Assembly (NCBI GenBank): GCA_964532665.1
Contig: CAZHMV010000007.1
Location: 12,132-76,131 of the forward strand
From: an uncultured Anaerolineales bacterium
Lineage (GTDB): Bacteria > Chloroflexota > Anaerolineae > Epilineales > JAANWY01
Reading direction: 5' to 3'
Length of the DNA stretch: 64,000 nt
Positions 9,752 to 18,857 of this stretch are shown one piece after another; the first letter of the stretch is position 1, and each line of letters opens with the position of its first letter. The position numbers were made by a program, and so were the translations under genes. The notes under the pieces were generated by a model, which saw nothing but the letters and a program-made list of their open reading frames with translations, was not told the origin of the DNA and did not search any database.

Positions 9752-10717
9752 TTACCAGAGAGGAATCCTGGGCCTGGGGTACCGCTCGGCCAGCATTTGA
9801 TCCACGCCCAGGCAGCGGCCCGCCCCGCTGAAAACCAGGGCCAGGAGCACGCCCAGAATGACCAGGTAGGTCCACGGCCATTCCTTACCCAGGCTGGCCA
9901 GGAAAAGGTTGGCAATAAAAAAGGCGGCCACCAGGGCGCTGGCGCGGGTAAATATGCCGATCAAAAGGAAGAGCCCCATCACGATGGGCTCCACGATCAA
10001 CTGCACGGTGGCGAAGATTTGCCAGTGGGGGATGACGATGCTTTCCAGAAAAGCACGGTAGATGCCAACGGGATTGCCGGTTGCCCAGCCCTCCACAAAA
10101 GATTGGAAGCCCGGGCCGTAGAGTCCCTTGTGCAGGTTCTCAAAAGCTGTCGTGATAAACACCACCCCCAGCAACATCCGCAGCATAGCGAGATAGCCGG
10201 CTTCAGTATATGTGTGCCAGCTTTTCCTCAGAAACTCTTCAACAGAAGGCGTGGCAGACGATGTTGCCTTCGCATCCGTCACCTGGTCGGCTTCTGCCAG
10301 ACGCTGGCTGAGTGACTTGCTGATGTTGGCGTAGATCGGGGGATAGCTAACCAGCAGGTCATCGAAATCGGGCCTGTACAGCACCCAGGCGTCCACGTCC
10401 GTGTCGGCACGGGCCCAGGCATACTGCCGGCCATTGTCCAGGAGCGCCATCTCGCCAAAATGCTCACCCGGGCCCAGGACACCCAGGGTCGCGCGTTCCA
10501 GACCGATGTCGGAGCCAAGGTGAACCTGGCCGGCCTCAATCAGGTACATCACGTCTCCCAGGCTCCCCTCGGCGAAGATGAGGTCGCCTTCTGAGAAATG
10601 GCGAGGATACAGCTTCTCCGCTACGACTTCAAGGGCATCCTCAGAAAGGCTTTTCAGCATAGCCATCTTCCCGAGTTGATCCCGCGCGGGGTGTTGCCTC
10701 CTCGCTTGCTCTTCCAT
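9752..10717 (-). CDS. Cyclic-nucleotide-binding (CAP effector) domain fused to a C-terminal DoxX-like 4-TM domain
   Basis: N-terminal 'FAEGSLGDVMYLIEAGQVHL...GPGEHFGEMALLDNGRQYAWARA' (cNMP-binding fold), then TM domain resembling the neighbouring DoxX protein (…IVIPHWQIFATVQLIVEPIVMGLFLLIGIFTRASALVAAFFI…). Confidence 0.65.
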   Translation of the reverse strand: MEEQARRQHPARDQLGKMAMLKSLSEDALEVVAEKLYPRHFSEGDLIFAEGSLGDVMYLIEAGQVHLGSDIGLERATLGVLGPGEHFGEMALLDNGRQYAWARADTDVDAWVLYRPDFDDLLVSYPPIYANISKSLSQRLAEADQVTDAKATSSATPSVEEFLRKSWHTYTEAGYLAMLRMLLGVVFITTAFENLHKGLYGPGFQSFVEGWATGNPVGIYRAFLESIVIPHWQIFATVQLIVEPIVMGLFLLIGIFTRASALVAAFFIANLFLASLGKEWPWTYLVILGVLLALVFSGAGRCLGVDQMLAERYPRPRIPLW

Positions 10718-10937
10718 ACATCACCTCCTGGCCGATCGCTGTGCTCAATTCCTCTTCGAGAAGGGGCGCATTCAAGGGCGCCTGAGAAGATCCTGCCGGA
10801 AGACACTCAGGCGACACTCGCTACCTTCCTTGCCCAGTAGTGTAGTAGCGAAGCGTCGTTTGCGCTGTAAGAAAGGTTCCCCACGTCAGGCAAAGTATGG
10901 CAACTACGTTCTCAGCCGGCCCTGGTTCAACCAGGAA

Positions 10938-10966
10938 TTGACCCGCGTATGGAAGTCCGGTATAAT
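10938..10966 (+). promoter_or_regulatory. Consensus-like sigma70 promoter TTGACC-N17-TATAAT upstream of the GT2 gene (about 200-nt leader)
   Basis: ttgacc(10938-10943) cgcgtatggaagtccgg tataat(10961-10966) in an AT-richer intergenic region. Confidence 0.6.
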
Positions 10967-11169
10967 TGCCGATCAGCGCGCCCGGCCAGTAGCCGCGCGC
11001 TTTGTCGTGGTACTCGGATGCAGTCAGAGTGGCCTCACATGCGGGCATGCACGCCGGCAACAGTCGCCCCGACGACGATCAGCCGGCGTGCCGGACCGGT
11101 GTATCCTGGATTGGAAATCAGCGTATTGCATGAACGGATGATGACACACCCCTGGAGCCGTAGCCGAAT

Positions 11170-12660
11170 ATGATTGTCGTTGTTGCACTCTACGTCCTCT
11201 GTCTCGTTGGCCTTGCGGTTTATGGTCTTCACACCCTGTGGTTGGCCCTGGTTTACCTTCGATCAGCAGCCCTGCTGCCCGGTAATCTGCCGGAATCCGC
11301 CGCTGCGACGTCCTGGCCCCGCGTTACGGTGCAGTTGCCTATCTTCAACGAGCGCTACACTGTGGAGCGTCTGTTGGATGCTGTGGCGGCGTTGGATTAT
11401 CCGCGTGACCGCTTGCAGATCCAGGTGCTGGACGACTCCACCGATTCCACGACCGCGATAGCCAGCCGGCTCGTCGCCCGGTACCAGACTCAGGGGCTGG
11501 ATATTGACCTGCTCCACCGCACCAACCGCACCGGATTCAAGGCCGGGGCGCTGGCCGAGGGCCTCCAGACTGCCACGGGCGAGTTGATCGCCGTGTTCGA
11601 CGCTGACTTTGTGCCCTGTTCCGACTGGCTATATCGCACGGTTTCTGCGTTCCATGACCCCCGACTGGGTTGTCTCCAAACTCGCTGGGAGCATCTGAAT
11701 CGTGACTACAGCATCCTGACCCGGGCTCAGGCGTTGGGTGTCGATGGTCATTTCGTGGTCGAGCAAACGGCTCGCGCACGTACCGGCCTGTTCCTCAATT
11801 TCAATGGCACCGCCGGCCTGTGGCGCCGGGCGTGCATTGACGATGCCGGCGGCTGGCAGGGTGATACCCTGACGGAGGATCTCGATCTGAGCTATCGTGC
11901 CCAACTGCGCGGCTGGCGGGTGGGCTACCGGCCGGACGTGGTGGTGCCAGCGGAGTTGCCAGCCCAACTGGATGCGTTTAAGCGCCAGCAGTTTCGTTGG
12001 GCCAAGGGCAGTCTGCAGACCGCCCGCAAGCTGGCGTCCAGCGTCTGGCAGGCTGACACCCCATGGCGCACACGGCTGGCCGGGCTCATGCACCTCACTG
12101 GCTATGTTGTCCATCCCCTGATGTTGCTGACGCTGTTACTGTCTCTGCCCATTGGCTATTGGGCCGGGCCGATGTTGCGCATTTTCCCCTGGTTCACTCT
12201 GGCAGCCGTCGGCCCGCCCTTGTTGTATAGCCTGGCTCGCACATCTCATACGCCGCATCTGCGTGATCGGCTGCGTGTCTTGCCGTTGTTGACCTTGCTG
12301 GGCTTTGGTATTTCGCTCAACAACAGTGTGGCGGCCGTGGAGGCATTGACTGGACGCGGCAGCGCCTTCCGGCGCACCCCCAAGTTCAACTTGCGCGACC
12401 AGCAGGGTAGTTGGGCAGACAGCGTCTATGCTTTGCCACGCAATCCGGTCGTCTGGGGGGAGTTGGTGCTGGCCGGCTATGCTCTGTTCACCACCTCGGT
12501 GCTCTGGTCCCGACACGGCTGGGCCGTCGTGCCGTGGATGTCGATCTACGCGGCGGGCTATCTTTTCGTGGCCGGCCTGAGCTTTGCGCAGAGCTGGCAG
12601 CGCCGGCGTGCCCTGGCGTGCCTGTCCAGGCCGGCGGATATCTCGAAAGCGGCAGGGTAA
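11170..12660 (+). CDS. Processive family-2 glycosyltransferase (CESA/CslA-like, D,D,D,QxxRW)
   Basis: 496 aa; 'QVLDDSTDST', 'VFDADFVP', 'TEDLDLSYRAQLRGWR', 'QQFRWAKG' (QxxRW) and multiple C-terminal TM helices, the beta-glycan synthase architecture. Confidence 0.8.
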   Translation: MIVVVALYVLCLVGLAVYGLHTLWLALVYLRSAALLPGNLPESAAATSWPRVTVQLPIFNERYTVERLLDAVAALDYPRDRLQIQVLDDSTDSTTAIASRLVARYQTQGLDIDLLHRTNRTGFKAGALAEGLQTATGELIAVFDADFVPCSDWLYRTVSAFHDPRLGCLQTRWEHLNRDYSILTRAQALGVDGHFVVEQTARARTGLFLNFNGTAGLWRRACIDDAGGWQGDTLTEDLDLSYRAQLRGWRVGYRPDVVVPAELPAQLDAFKRQQFRWAKGSLQTARKLASSVWQADTPWRTRLAGLMHLTGYVVHPLMLLTLLLSLPIGYWAGPMLRIFPWFTLAAVGPPLLYSLARTSHTPHLRDRLRVLPLLTLLGFGISLNNSVAAVEALTGRGSAFRRTPKFNLRDQQGSWADSVYALPRNPVVWGELVLAGYALFTTSVLWSRHGWAVVPWMSIYAAGYLFVAGLSFAQSWQRRRALACLSRPADISKAAG

Positions 12661-12703
12661 CTACAAGTGCATCGCCGCAGAGAAGGCGGCTAGCAAAGCC
12701 GCC

Positions 12704-14047
12704 CTACTTGCTCCCCTGAGTTCCCCCGAGTCCCCCCTTGATTCCCGGTTCCCGCCCGTACAGCCCAACAGCGACAACCAGCGCCCCGAACAGCGGCAGG
12801 TACTCGGTGCGGCGAATCCATTCGTACTCGCGGGGGTTGGCGGGGTCCAGGTAGAACAGGTAGGAGAGGTTGACCGCGGCCGCAAAGTAGAGCCAGCCGG
12901 CAGCGAACGTTAGCGCAGCCCGGCTCTGCCGAAGCGGGAGCAGGGGCAGCAGCGCGATGAGCCAGGTCAGGTACCAGGGAAACATGGCCGGCGTCAGCAG
13001 TAGATAGACGCTGAGCAGCAGCACCGCCCGGCCGATAACTGCCTGCTCCCCCGCTTCCGACCGCAGGAGCATTGCCAGACCAAGCATGAGGAGGGTGAGC
13101 AGAACGACCACCTTGGCTGCCTGCAAGGGATCGTTCACACGGGCATCCAGCGCGCGCACAAGCCAGAAAAACAAGCCGTCGTTCGTTTTCCACTGTGTGG
13201 CGTAGACGCGCAACGCCCCGAAGATGCCTGTCCCCTGTGCTCCTCTGCCAAGCCCCAGGCCGGCCCTCAGAAACGGCACAAAAGCCAGGCCAACCAGCCC
13301 ACCATACAGCAGCGTGCGCTTTACGCCCCACCACCGCACGAAAACCGGCAGCAGCAGGGCCGGCACGAATTTCGTCAACGTCGCCAGAGCCAGAGCAACA
13401 GCGCTGCGCGTGCGGTGGCCGGCGATGAGCCAGTAGATGGCCAGCATTCCCCACAGGGTCATCAGCGAATCCACGTGGGCGCTGTGGGCGAACTCGACGA
13501 CGATGAGGGGGTTCCAGGCGTAGATGAGCACCCGTTCTTCGGGGATGCGCAGCCGGCGCAGGAGCCGCACGAGGACGACAGCCGTGGCCAGATCGAACAG
13601 GGTGAAGGCGATTTGCATGGCCGTGGGGTTTTCCGGTGCCAGGCGGTAGATAGTGGCGAAAGTCAGCTCAGCCGCCGGCGGGTAGGGAGTGGCCATCCAT
13701 GCATGATCGACCCGTGCTCGAAGCGGCGTCGCCAGGCTGTCCAGGGCCGGCGCATCCACCCGGTGCGCGTAGGGATTGACGGCGTGGTTGATGAGCCGGC
13801 CATCCCACAGGTAGCGCCAGATGTCGGTGGAGAGCGTCGGCGTGGTGAACCACAGGGGGATGCGGAACAGAACCGCGAAGACGGCGATGGTGATGAGCCG
13901 TGAGGCGCTCGGTGAGGCGGGCCGGCGCAGAATTAGGGCTGTCGCCGCCAGGTAGCAGGCGAAGGCAATGAAGAAGAGTGCCAGGAAAGTGTGGCCCTGG
14001 CGGGTGAAGTGGGTCAGGCGAGTCATGCCGGCGAAGCAGGCCAGCAT
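12704..14047 (-). CDS. Integral-membrane GT-C glycosyltransferase (DUF2029 / GT87-like mannosyltransferase family), start uncertain
   Basis: Multi-TM protein with periplasmic loop 'DIWRYLWDGRLINHAVNPY' and PMT/GT87-like topology. ORF track extends to 14179 through a pyrimidine tract (no stops possible); ATG 14047 (MLACFAGMTRL) preferred. Confidence 0.5.
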   Translation of the reverse strand: MLACFAGMTRLTHFTRQGHTFLALFFIAFACYLAATALILRRPASPSASRLITIAVFAVLFRIPLWFTTPTLSTDIWRYLWDGRLINHAVNPYAHRVDAPALDSLATPLRARVDHAWMATPYPPAAELTFATIYRLAPENPTAMQIAFTLFDLATAVVLVRLLRRLRIPEERVLIYAWNPLIVVEFAHSAHVDSLMTLWGMLAIYWLIAGHRTRSAVALALATLTKFVPALLLPVFVRWWGVKRTLLYGGLVGLAFVPFLRAGLGLGRGAQGTGIFGALRVYATQWKTNDGLFFWLVRALDARVNDPLQAAKVVVLLTLLMLGLAMLLRSEAGEQAVIGRAVLLLSVYLLLTPAMFPWYLTWLIALLPLLPLRQSRAALTFAAGWLYFAAAVNLSYLFYLDPANPREYEWIRRTEYLPLFGALVVAVGLYGREPGIKGGLGGTQGSK

Positions 14048-14050
14048 GGC

Positions 14051-14157
14051 GAGGCCGAGGAGGAGGAAGGGGGAGGATGGAGAATGGAAAATGGAGGATG
14101 GAAGGGGGAAGGAGGAAAGGGGAAAAAGGGAAAAAGGGAAATGGGAGGCGGAATTCG
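14051..14157 (+). repeat. Approx 105-nt polypurine (G/A-only) tract containing GGGGAAAAAGGGAAAAAGGGAAATGGGAGGCGG
   Basis: Read directly; almost no C/T for over 100 nt. Shares the GGGAAAAAGGG / GGGAAAnGAGGCGG motif with tracts at 37866-37908 and 63941-63992. Confidence 0.8.
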
Positions 14158-14361
14158 TTGTGCCTGTTCCCATTTGCATTCCTGTGCAGCGCCGAAGTGT
14201 CAGTTCTCGGGATTCGACGCAGCGCCCGGTGTCGTGTGTGGCCCACGGGCCGCCATCTCTCGCAACGCCTCCATCACCCGGGCGGGGCCGGCGATTTCAG
14301 CGAAAGTTGCCATCGAATGACTCCTTTCCTTTCCCCATGAATGAATTCATGGTCTGATACC

Positions 14362-14425
14362 CCAAACACGTTAAAACGTGTTTCAACACGTTTCCGAATA
14401 GCAGACACCGAATTCATTCGGTGGG
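14362..14425 (-). terminator. Putative metG 3' stem-loops (CCGAAT...ATTCGG and AAACGTGTT/AACACGTTT alternating repeats followed by T-run on the coding strand)
   Basis: Inverted repeats immediately downstream of the metG stop; contains three alternating copies of AAACACGTT. Confidence 0.35.
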
Positions 14426-14428
14426 CTA

Positions 14429-16213
14429 CTACGCCGGCTGCACCTGCTCTTGGAGTCTTGCCAGTTCCTCATCGGCGACGGAGGGTTCGAGTTTTTTGAA
14501 CAGCGGTTTGGGCTTGCGCAGCGCCTGGCCGGGTGCCAGCTCGCTGGGCTTCCAGTGGTTGGCCGGCCTCTCACCGGCACGATACACCAGCGCGTCGTGG
14601 GTGACGCCATCTTCGTCAAAGGTCTCGATGGCCAGCTCGCCCAGCAGATCGTCATCATAGCCCAGGTAGGTGTGTAGCGCCTGGCAGGTGAAGGGGAGGA
14701 ACGGGTATAGCAACGTCTTCAGGTTGTCGATCACCCTCAGGGCGACGAATACGGCGGTAGCAGCGGCCTCACGATCTTCCTTGATCAGCCGCCACGGGGC
14801 GCGCTCGTCCAGCCAGCGGTTGCCGGCATGAGCCAGCGCAAAGGCTTCGATCAATGCCGTCTTGAACTTGGCCTGGTCCAGCAGTTGCCCGACGGTGTCA
14901 AATGCAGCCTCCACCTGGCTGAGCATGTTCCGGTCAGCTTCGGCGAGGTCGCCCGGGGCCGGCACCCGCCCGTCAAATCGGCTGTGGGCGAAGTTGAGGA
15001 TGCGATTGGCCAGGTTGCCCCAGGTGGCCACCAACTCATCGTTGTTGCGCCGCACGAACTCCGACCACGAGAAGTCGGCGTCCTTGCCCTCGGGAGCGGC
15101 GATGGTCAGGTAGTAGCGCAGCGGGTCCGGGTCGTAGCGCTCCAGGTAGTCGGGCAGCCAGATGGCCCAGTTGCGGCTGGTGGACATGGGCTGGCCTTCC
15201 AGCGTCAGGTGCTCGTTGGCCGCCACGTCGTAAGGCAGGTTGAGTTGCTGCGACGCATCGTCGGTGTACAGTCGCTCGGTGCCCAGGAGCATGGCCGGCC
15301 AGATCACGGAGTGGAACGGGATGTTGTCCTTGCCCACAAAATACGAGCCTTTGGCCGATGGATCGTACCACCAGGCCTTCCACGCATCTGGCTCACCGCG
15401 ATTCCGCGACCATTCGACAGAAGCTGATAAGTAGCCGATAACGGCCTCGAACCAGACGTAGAGCACTTTGTGTTCCCAGCCTTCAACCGGGACCGGGATG
15501 CCCCAGGTCAGGTCGCGGGTGATGGGCCGGCCTTGCAGCCCTTCGCGGATCATGCCCAGCGCCCAGTTGCGGACGTTGGGCCGCCAGTGGTCCTGCTTCT
15601 CGATCCAGGCTTTCAGGCGTTCGCTGAAGGCCGGCAGGTCCAGGAAGTAGTGCTCGGTCTCGCGGACCACGGGTGTGCTGCCATCATTCTTGCTGCGGGG
15701 GTCGATGAGTTCCAGCGCGTCCAGGAGCCGGCCACAGTTGTCGCACTGATCCCCCCGCGCCTCCCCGTAGCCGCAGTGGGGGCAGGTACCCTCGACATCG
15801 CGGTCGGGCAGGAAGCGGTTCTCGATTTCCGAGTACAGTTGCTGCTGGGTTTCACGATACAGGTAGCCGTGTTCCAGCAGCGCCAGAAAAATGTCCTGGG
15901 ACACGCGGTGATGGTTGCGGGTGTCGGTGTGCGTGAACAGGTCGAAGCTGATGCCCAGGCGCTGGAAGTTGTCCAGGAAGGTCTGATGCCACTGCTCGAA
16001 GAACTGCCTGGGGGGTACACCGGCCCGCGTCGCGCCAACGGTGATGGGTGTGCCGTGGGAGTCGCTGCCGGACACCATCAGGACTTTGTTGCCCCGCATG
16101 CGATGGTAGCGCGCGTAGATGTCCGGCGGCAGGTATGCGCCGGCAATGTGACCCACGTGCAGCGGCCCGTTGGCGTACGGCCAGGCAACAAAAATCCCGA
16201 TGTGTTCAGTCAT
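14429..16213 (-). CDS. metG: Methionyl-tRNA synthetase
   Basis: 594 aa; 'AWPYANGPLHVGHIAG' HIGH motif, Zn knuckle 'CPHCGYGEARGDQCDNCG', class I KMSKS-region equivalent, anticodon-binding domain. Confidence 0.9.
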   Translation of the reverse strand: MTEHIGIFVAWPYANGPLHVGHIAGAYLPPDIYARYHRMRGNKVLMVSGSDSHGTPITVGATRAGVPPRQFFEQWHQTFLDNFQRLGISFDLFTHTDTRNHHRVSQDIFLALLEHGYLYRETQQQLYSEIENRFLPDRDVEGTCPHCGYGEARGDQCDNCGRLLDALELIDPRSKNDGSTPVVRETEHYFLDLPAFSERLKAWIEKQDHWRPNVRNWALGMIREGLQGRPITRDLTWGIPVPVEGWEHKVLYVWFEAVIGYLSASVEWSRNRGEPDAWKAWWYDPSAKGSYFVGKDNIPFHSVIWPAMLLGTERLYTDDASQQLNLPYDVAANEHLTLEGQPMSTSRNWAIWLPDYLERYDPDPLRYYLTIAAPEGKDADFSWSEFVRRNNDELVATWGNLANRILNFAHSRFDGRVPAPGDLAEADRNMLSQVEAAFDTVGQLLDQAKFKTALIEAFALAHAGNRWLDERAPWRLIKEDREAAATAVFVALRVIDNLKTLLYPFLPFTCQALHTYLGYDDDLLGELAIETFDEDGVTHDALVYRAGERPANHWKPSELAPGQALRKPKPLFKKLEPSVADEELARLQEQVQPA

Positions 16214-17021
16214 TATAAGCTCCCCTTAGTGCATTCCATCGAACGGTGAGGACATCACGAAAATTGCGCCACGAATCTCTCAGCGGGTTAACCTTGGTTT
16301 CGTTGGAGTAGCGCCATTCCACCGGCACCTCTCGAATCCGATAACCCAGCCGTTGGGCCAGGTAGAGAATCTCGACGTCGAAGGCCGTGACCATGGCGCC
16401 AGCCACGGGCTTGCCGTCGTTGGTGTACAATCTCATGCGGCTGAACAGGTCTCGTGCCACGTCGCGCCGGAAAGCCTTGAACCCACATTGGGTATCCTGA
16501 ATCCCCCGGACCGTCAGCATCTGCACCAGGGTGTTGAACACGCGTCCCATGAGGTGGCGGTAGAACGGCTCGTCGTAGCGCTGCGCGCCGGCCCCCTCGC
16601 GCGATCCGATCACGACGTCGTAGCCCCGGTCGAACCAGGGCAGCAGTCGGTCGATCTCCTCGATGGGGGTGGACAGGTCGGCATCGCTGAAAAGGACGAT
16701 GTCGCCGTCGGCAGCGAGCATGCCGCGCCGCACGGTTGCCCCCTTCCCCTGGTGGGGACCCTCAATGACCTCGACGCGTCGATGCTGCTCGTCGTAGGCT
16801 CGCGCTACGTCCACGGTCCCATCGGTACTGCCGTCGTCAACCACGATTACCCGTGCCGGGTAGTCCTGTTGGTCAAGGTAGTTGAGAATCCGCTCCAACG
16901 TGGCCGGCAGCCGGCGGGCTTCGTTGTAAGCCGGGATGACGATGGTCAGGAACGGGCGATCCTCCTTCGTGCCGGCGCCGGGTCTGGTCAACGCCCGATC
17001 CTCGGTTACCGCTGAATTCAT
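16206..17021 (-). CDS. Family-2 glycosyltransferase, polyprenol/dolichol-phosphate mannose (or glucose) synthase-like (Dpm1/Ppm1-like)
   Basis: 271 aa; 'LTIVIPAYNEARRL', 'VIVVDDGSTDGT', 'DADLSTPIEEIDRLL', the typical GT2 Dpm1-type motifs. Overlaps the metG start by 8 nt. Confidence 0.75.
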   Translation of the reverse strand: MNSAVTEDRALTRPGAGTKEDRPFLTIVIPAYNEARRLPATLERILNYLDQQDYPARVIVVDDGSTDGTVDVARAYDEQHRRVEVIEGPHQGKGATVRRGMLAADGDIVLFSDADLSTPIEEIDRLLPWFDRGYDVVIGSREGAGAQRYDEPFYRHLMGRVFNTLVQMLTVRGIQDTQCGFKAFRRDVARDLFSRMRLYTNDGKPVAGAMVTAFDVEILYLAQRLGYRIREVPVEWRYSNETKVNPLRDSWRNFRDVLTVRWNALRGAYND

Positions 17022-17048
17022 GGGCGTAATGTTACCTCGAACGGTCTG

Positions 17049-18794
17049 TCAGGTCAACTGCAAAGTCACCGTTCCCTTGCTCCCGTCCACCTCAATGAGT
17101 TGACCGTCAACGATGCAATCCAGTACACCGGCCACGCCGACCACCGCCGGCAGCCCATACTCCCGCGCCACCACTGCGCCGTGCGACAGTTGGCCGCCAC
17201 GCTCCATCACCAACCCACTGACCTGCAAGAACAGCGGTGTCCAGGCCGGATCGGTGCTGCTGGTCACCAGGATACTCCCTGACGAGACACGCCGCCACGC
17301 ATCGCTCAAAGCTGTTGGCCCGCCGACCACCACTGCCGGCCCACGCACCCGTCCCGGGCTGGCTGCCAGGCCCGAGAAATGCTGCCCGGCTCTGGCGGTC
17401 GCAGGGCCTGTCTCGTCGAGTGGCGTCTCGCCCCGAAGAAATGCCGGATACGCTGTACCATGCAGGGCCTCGAACTGAGATCGCCGGCCCAGGATGAGAT
17501 TCCGGAGTTCCGGCACTTTCAGCCAGCCTCGAACAACTCCCGTGACCTCGTCCAGCGTCAGGAAGAAGATGTCATCGTCCTGCGCAATCACGCCCTCGGC
17601 GGCCAATGCCTGACCGATGCGCAGGAATGCTTGCCGCTTGGCGTGCATACTTTTCTGCCAGTAAAATCGCTGATCCTCACGCAAGACGGCGTAGCGCTGG
17701 GTGAACCACAGCAGCAGGCGAAAGATCCACCAGCGGATGGAGAAGCTGCCCAACCGCTGGCAAACCCGATGGACAGCAGAGAGCCGGCGTTGCTCCTGGG
17801 TCTGCTCTCGTGCCAGTGGTCCTTCTCCGCCAATGTCCAGCAGGCGTGTGACCGGTGCAAGAACCCCGGTCGGATCATCCGTGTATGCCGCGTGCCAGAG
17901 ATCGAGGCTCGGGGAGCGGTGGCCGTAGTGCGCCAGAAAGTCACGCAGTGCCCGTTGGAACCGCTGGCCGGCCTCTGTCGAACCGAGACCATCGAGGAAT
18001 GCACCGAAGCGTTCGGCCCGCAGGTGATCCAGTGATTCTGCATCCAATCCGGCGGCCCGCTGCGCCAGTCGCCACAACGCGATATCGGTTTCGGTTGACT
18101 TGTTGGGCAGGCCACTGATGAGCGCGGCACTGATCTCGCTGGCATCGCCGGCATCGACCCAGACCGACAACAGGCGTTGCAGCAGCTCATACAGCACATC
18201 GGCGTATGTGAGGCTCCAGCGGTGAAGCCGCAACAAGTCCAGGCTTGCGTCCATCAAGCGGTCGATCTGTTGCAGCAGTGCCGCCGGCCTGTCATCCGCC
18301 TCGATCTCTCGGAGACAGTCAGTAACCTGTCGGTCGAATCGGTGGGTGAATCGATCCCAGACCGCGTAGTTGAACGGATGCCACCCCGGCTCCGACATAA
18401 GGGTGCGGAGGACAGAGTAGAGAAACAGCATCGGATTTGGCGGCGGCACGGTGTGACGGAGCGAGACATCAGCATCGGGGAAATAGCGGCCGGCATCCCG
18501 AGGCACCAACGTGCGGGGGAAGACGCGGTACAACCGTTGGAAGACGCCTACGTTTGTGTAGATGTGACCGCGAAACAGCTTTGTGAGTGGGTATTCCTGT
18601 GGCAGTCGGTAGCCGATGAAGCTTAAAGGTTGGCGGAAGGCCGTGCATTCGACCAGCCGGCGCACGACCGACCATCCCAGGGGTGACACAACGTCCGGGA
18701 AACGCTCGTTAAAGAAGCCGGCGGTCCACAGGTAGTCGTCAGACGGTATGTGGGTCGTAAAGTATTCACCCTGATCGCGTGCGGATAATCGCAT
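17049..18794 (-). CDS. PEP-utilizing-enzyme mobile-domain protein (PEP synthase / rifampicin-phosphotransferase-like C-terminal swivel domain), N-terminal region uncharacterised
   Basis: C-terminal 'GSILVTSSTDPAWTPLFLQVSGLVMERGGQLSHGAVVAREYGLPAVVGV' matches the PEP-utilising phosphohistidine swivel domain. No ATP-grasp N-domain recognised. Confidence 0.6.
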   Translation of the reverse strand: MRLSARDQGEYFTTHIPSDDYLWTAGFFNERFPDVVSPLGWSVVRRLVECTAFRQPLSFIGYRLPQEYPLTKLFRGHIYTNVGVFQRLYRVFPRTLVPRDAGRYFPDADVSLRHTVPPPNPMLFLYSVLRTLMSEPGWHPFNYAVWDRFTHRFDRQVTDCLREIEADDRPAALLQQIDRLMDASLDLLRLHRWSLTYADVLYELLQRLLSVWVDAGDASEISAALISGLPNKSTETDIALWRLAQRAAGLDAESLDHLRAERFGAFLDGLGSTEAGQRFQRALRDFLAHYGHRSPSLDLWHAAYTDDPTGVLAPVTRLLDIGGEGPLAREQTQEQRRLSAVHRVCQRLGSFSIRWWIFRLLLWFTQRYAVLREDQRFYWQKSMHAKRQAFLRIGQALAAEGVIAQDDDIFFLTLDEVTGVVRGWLKVPELRNLILGRRSQFEALHGTAYPAFLRGETPLDETGPATARAGQHFSGLAASPGRVRGPAVVVGGPTALSDAWRRVSSGSILVTSSTDPAWTPLFLQVSGLVMERGGQLSHGAVVAREYGLPAVVGVAGVLDCIVDGQLIEVDGSKGTVTLQLT

Positions 18795-18857
18795 ACTCTA
18801 ATTATCCTACACCTGGGTCCGGCGAGCAACCTGGGCCGCTTTTACCTCAATACGTTC

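Noticed and set aside
14051-14179. N-terminal 44-aa extension (MQMGTGTTNSASHFPFSLFPLSSFPLPSS...) of the GT87-like ORF
   Set aside because: It is encoded by the complement of a polypurine tract, which cannot contain stop codons in any frame, so the open frame is uninformative. ATG 14047 gives a conventional TM start. Kept as possible but unlikely.
15470-16249. 259-aa plus-strand ORF inside metG, with similar antisense ORFs at 8323..8988, 12690..13454, 13668..14246, 16353..17015, 25563..26564, 28006..28905, 39111..40004 and 43212..44045
   Set aside because: All are embedded antisense to well-supported genes and show GC-skewed low-complexity composition. Treated as artefacts.
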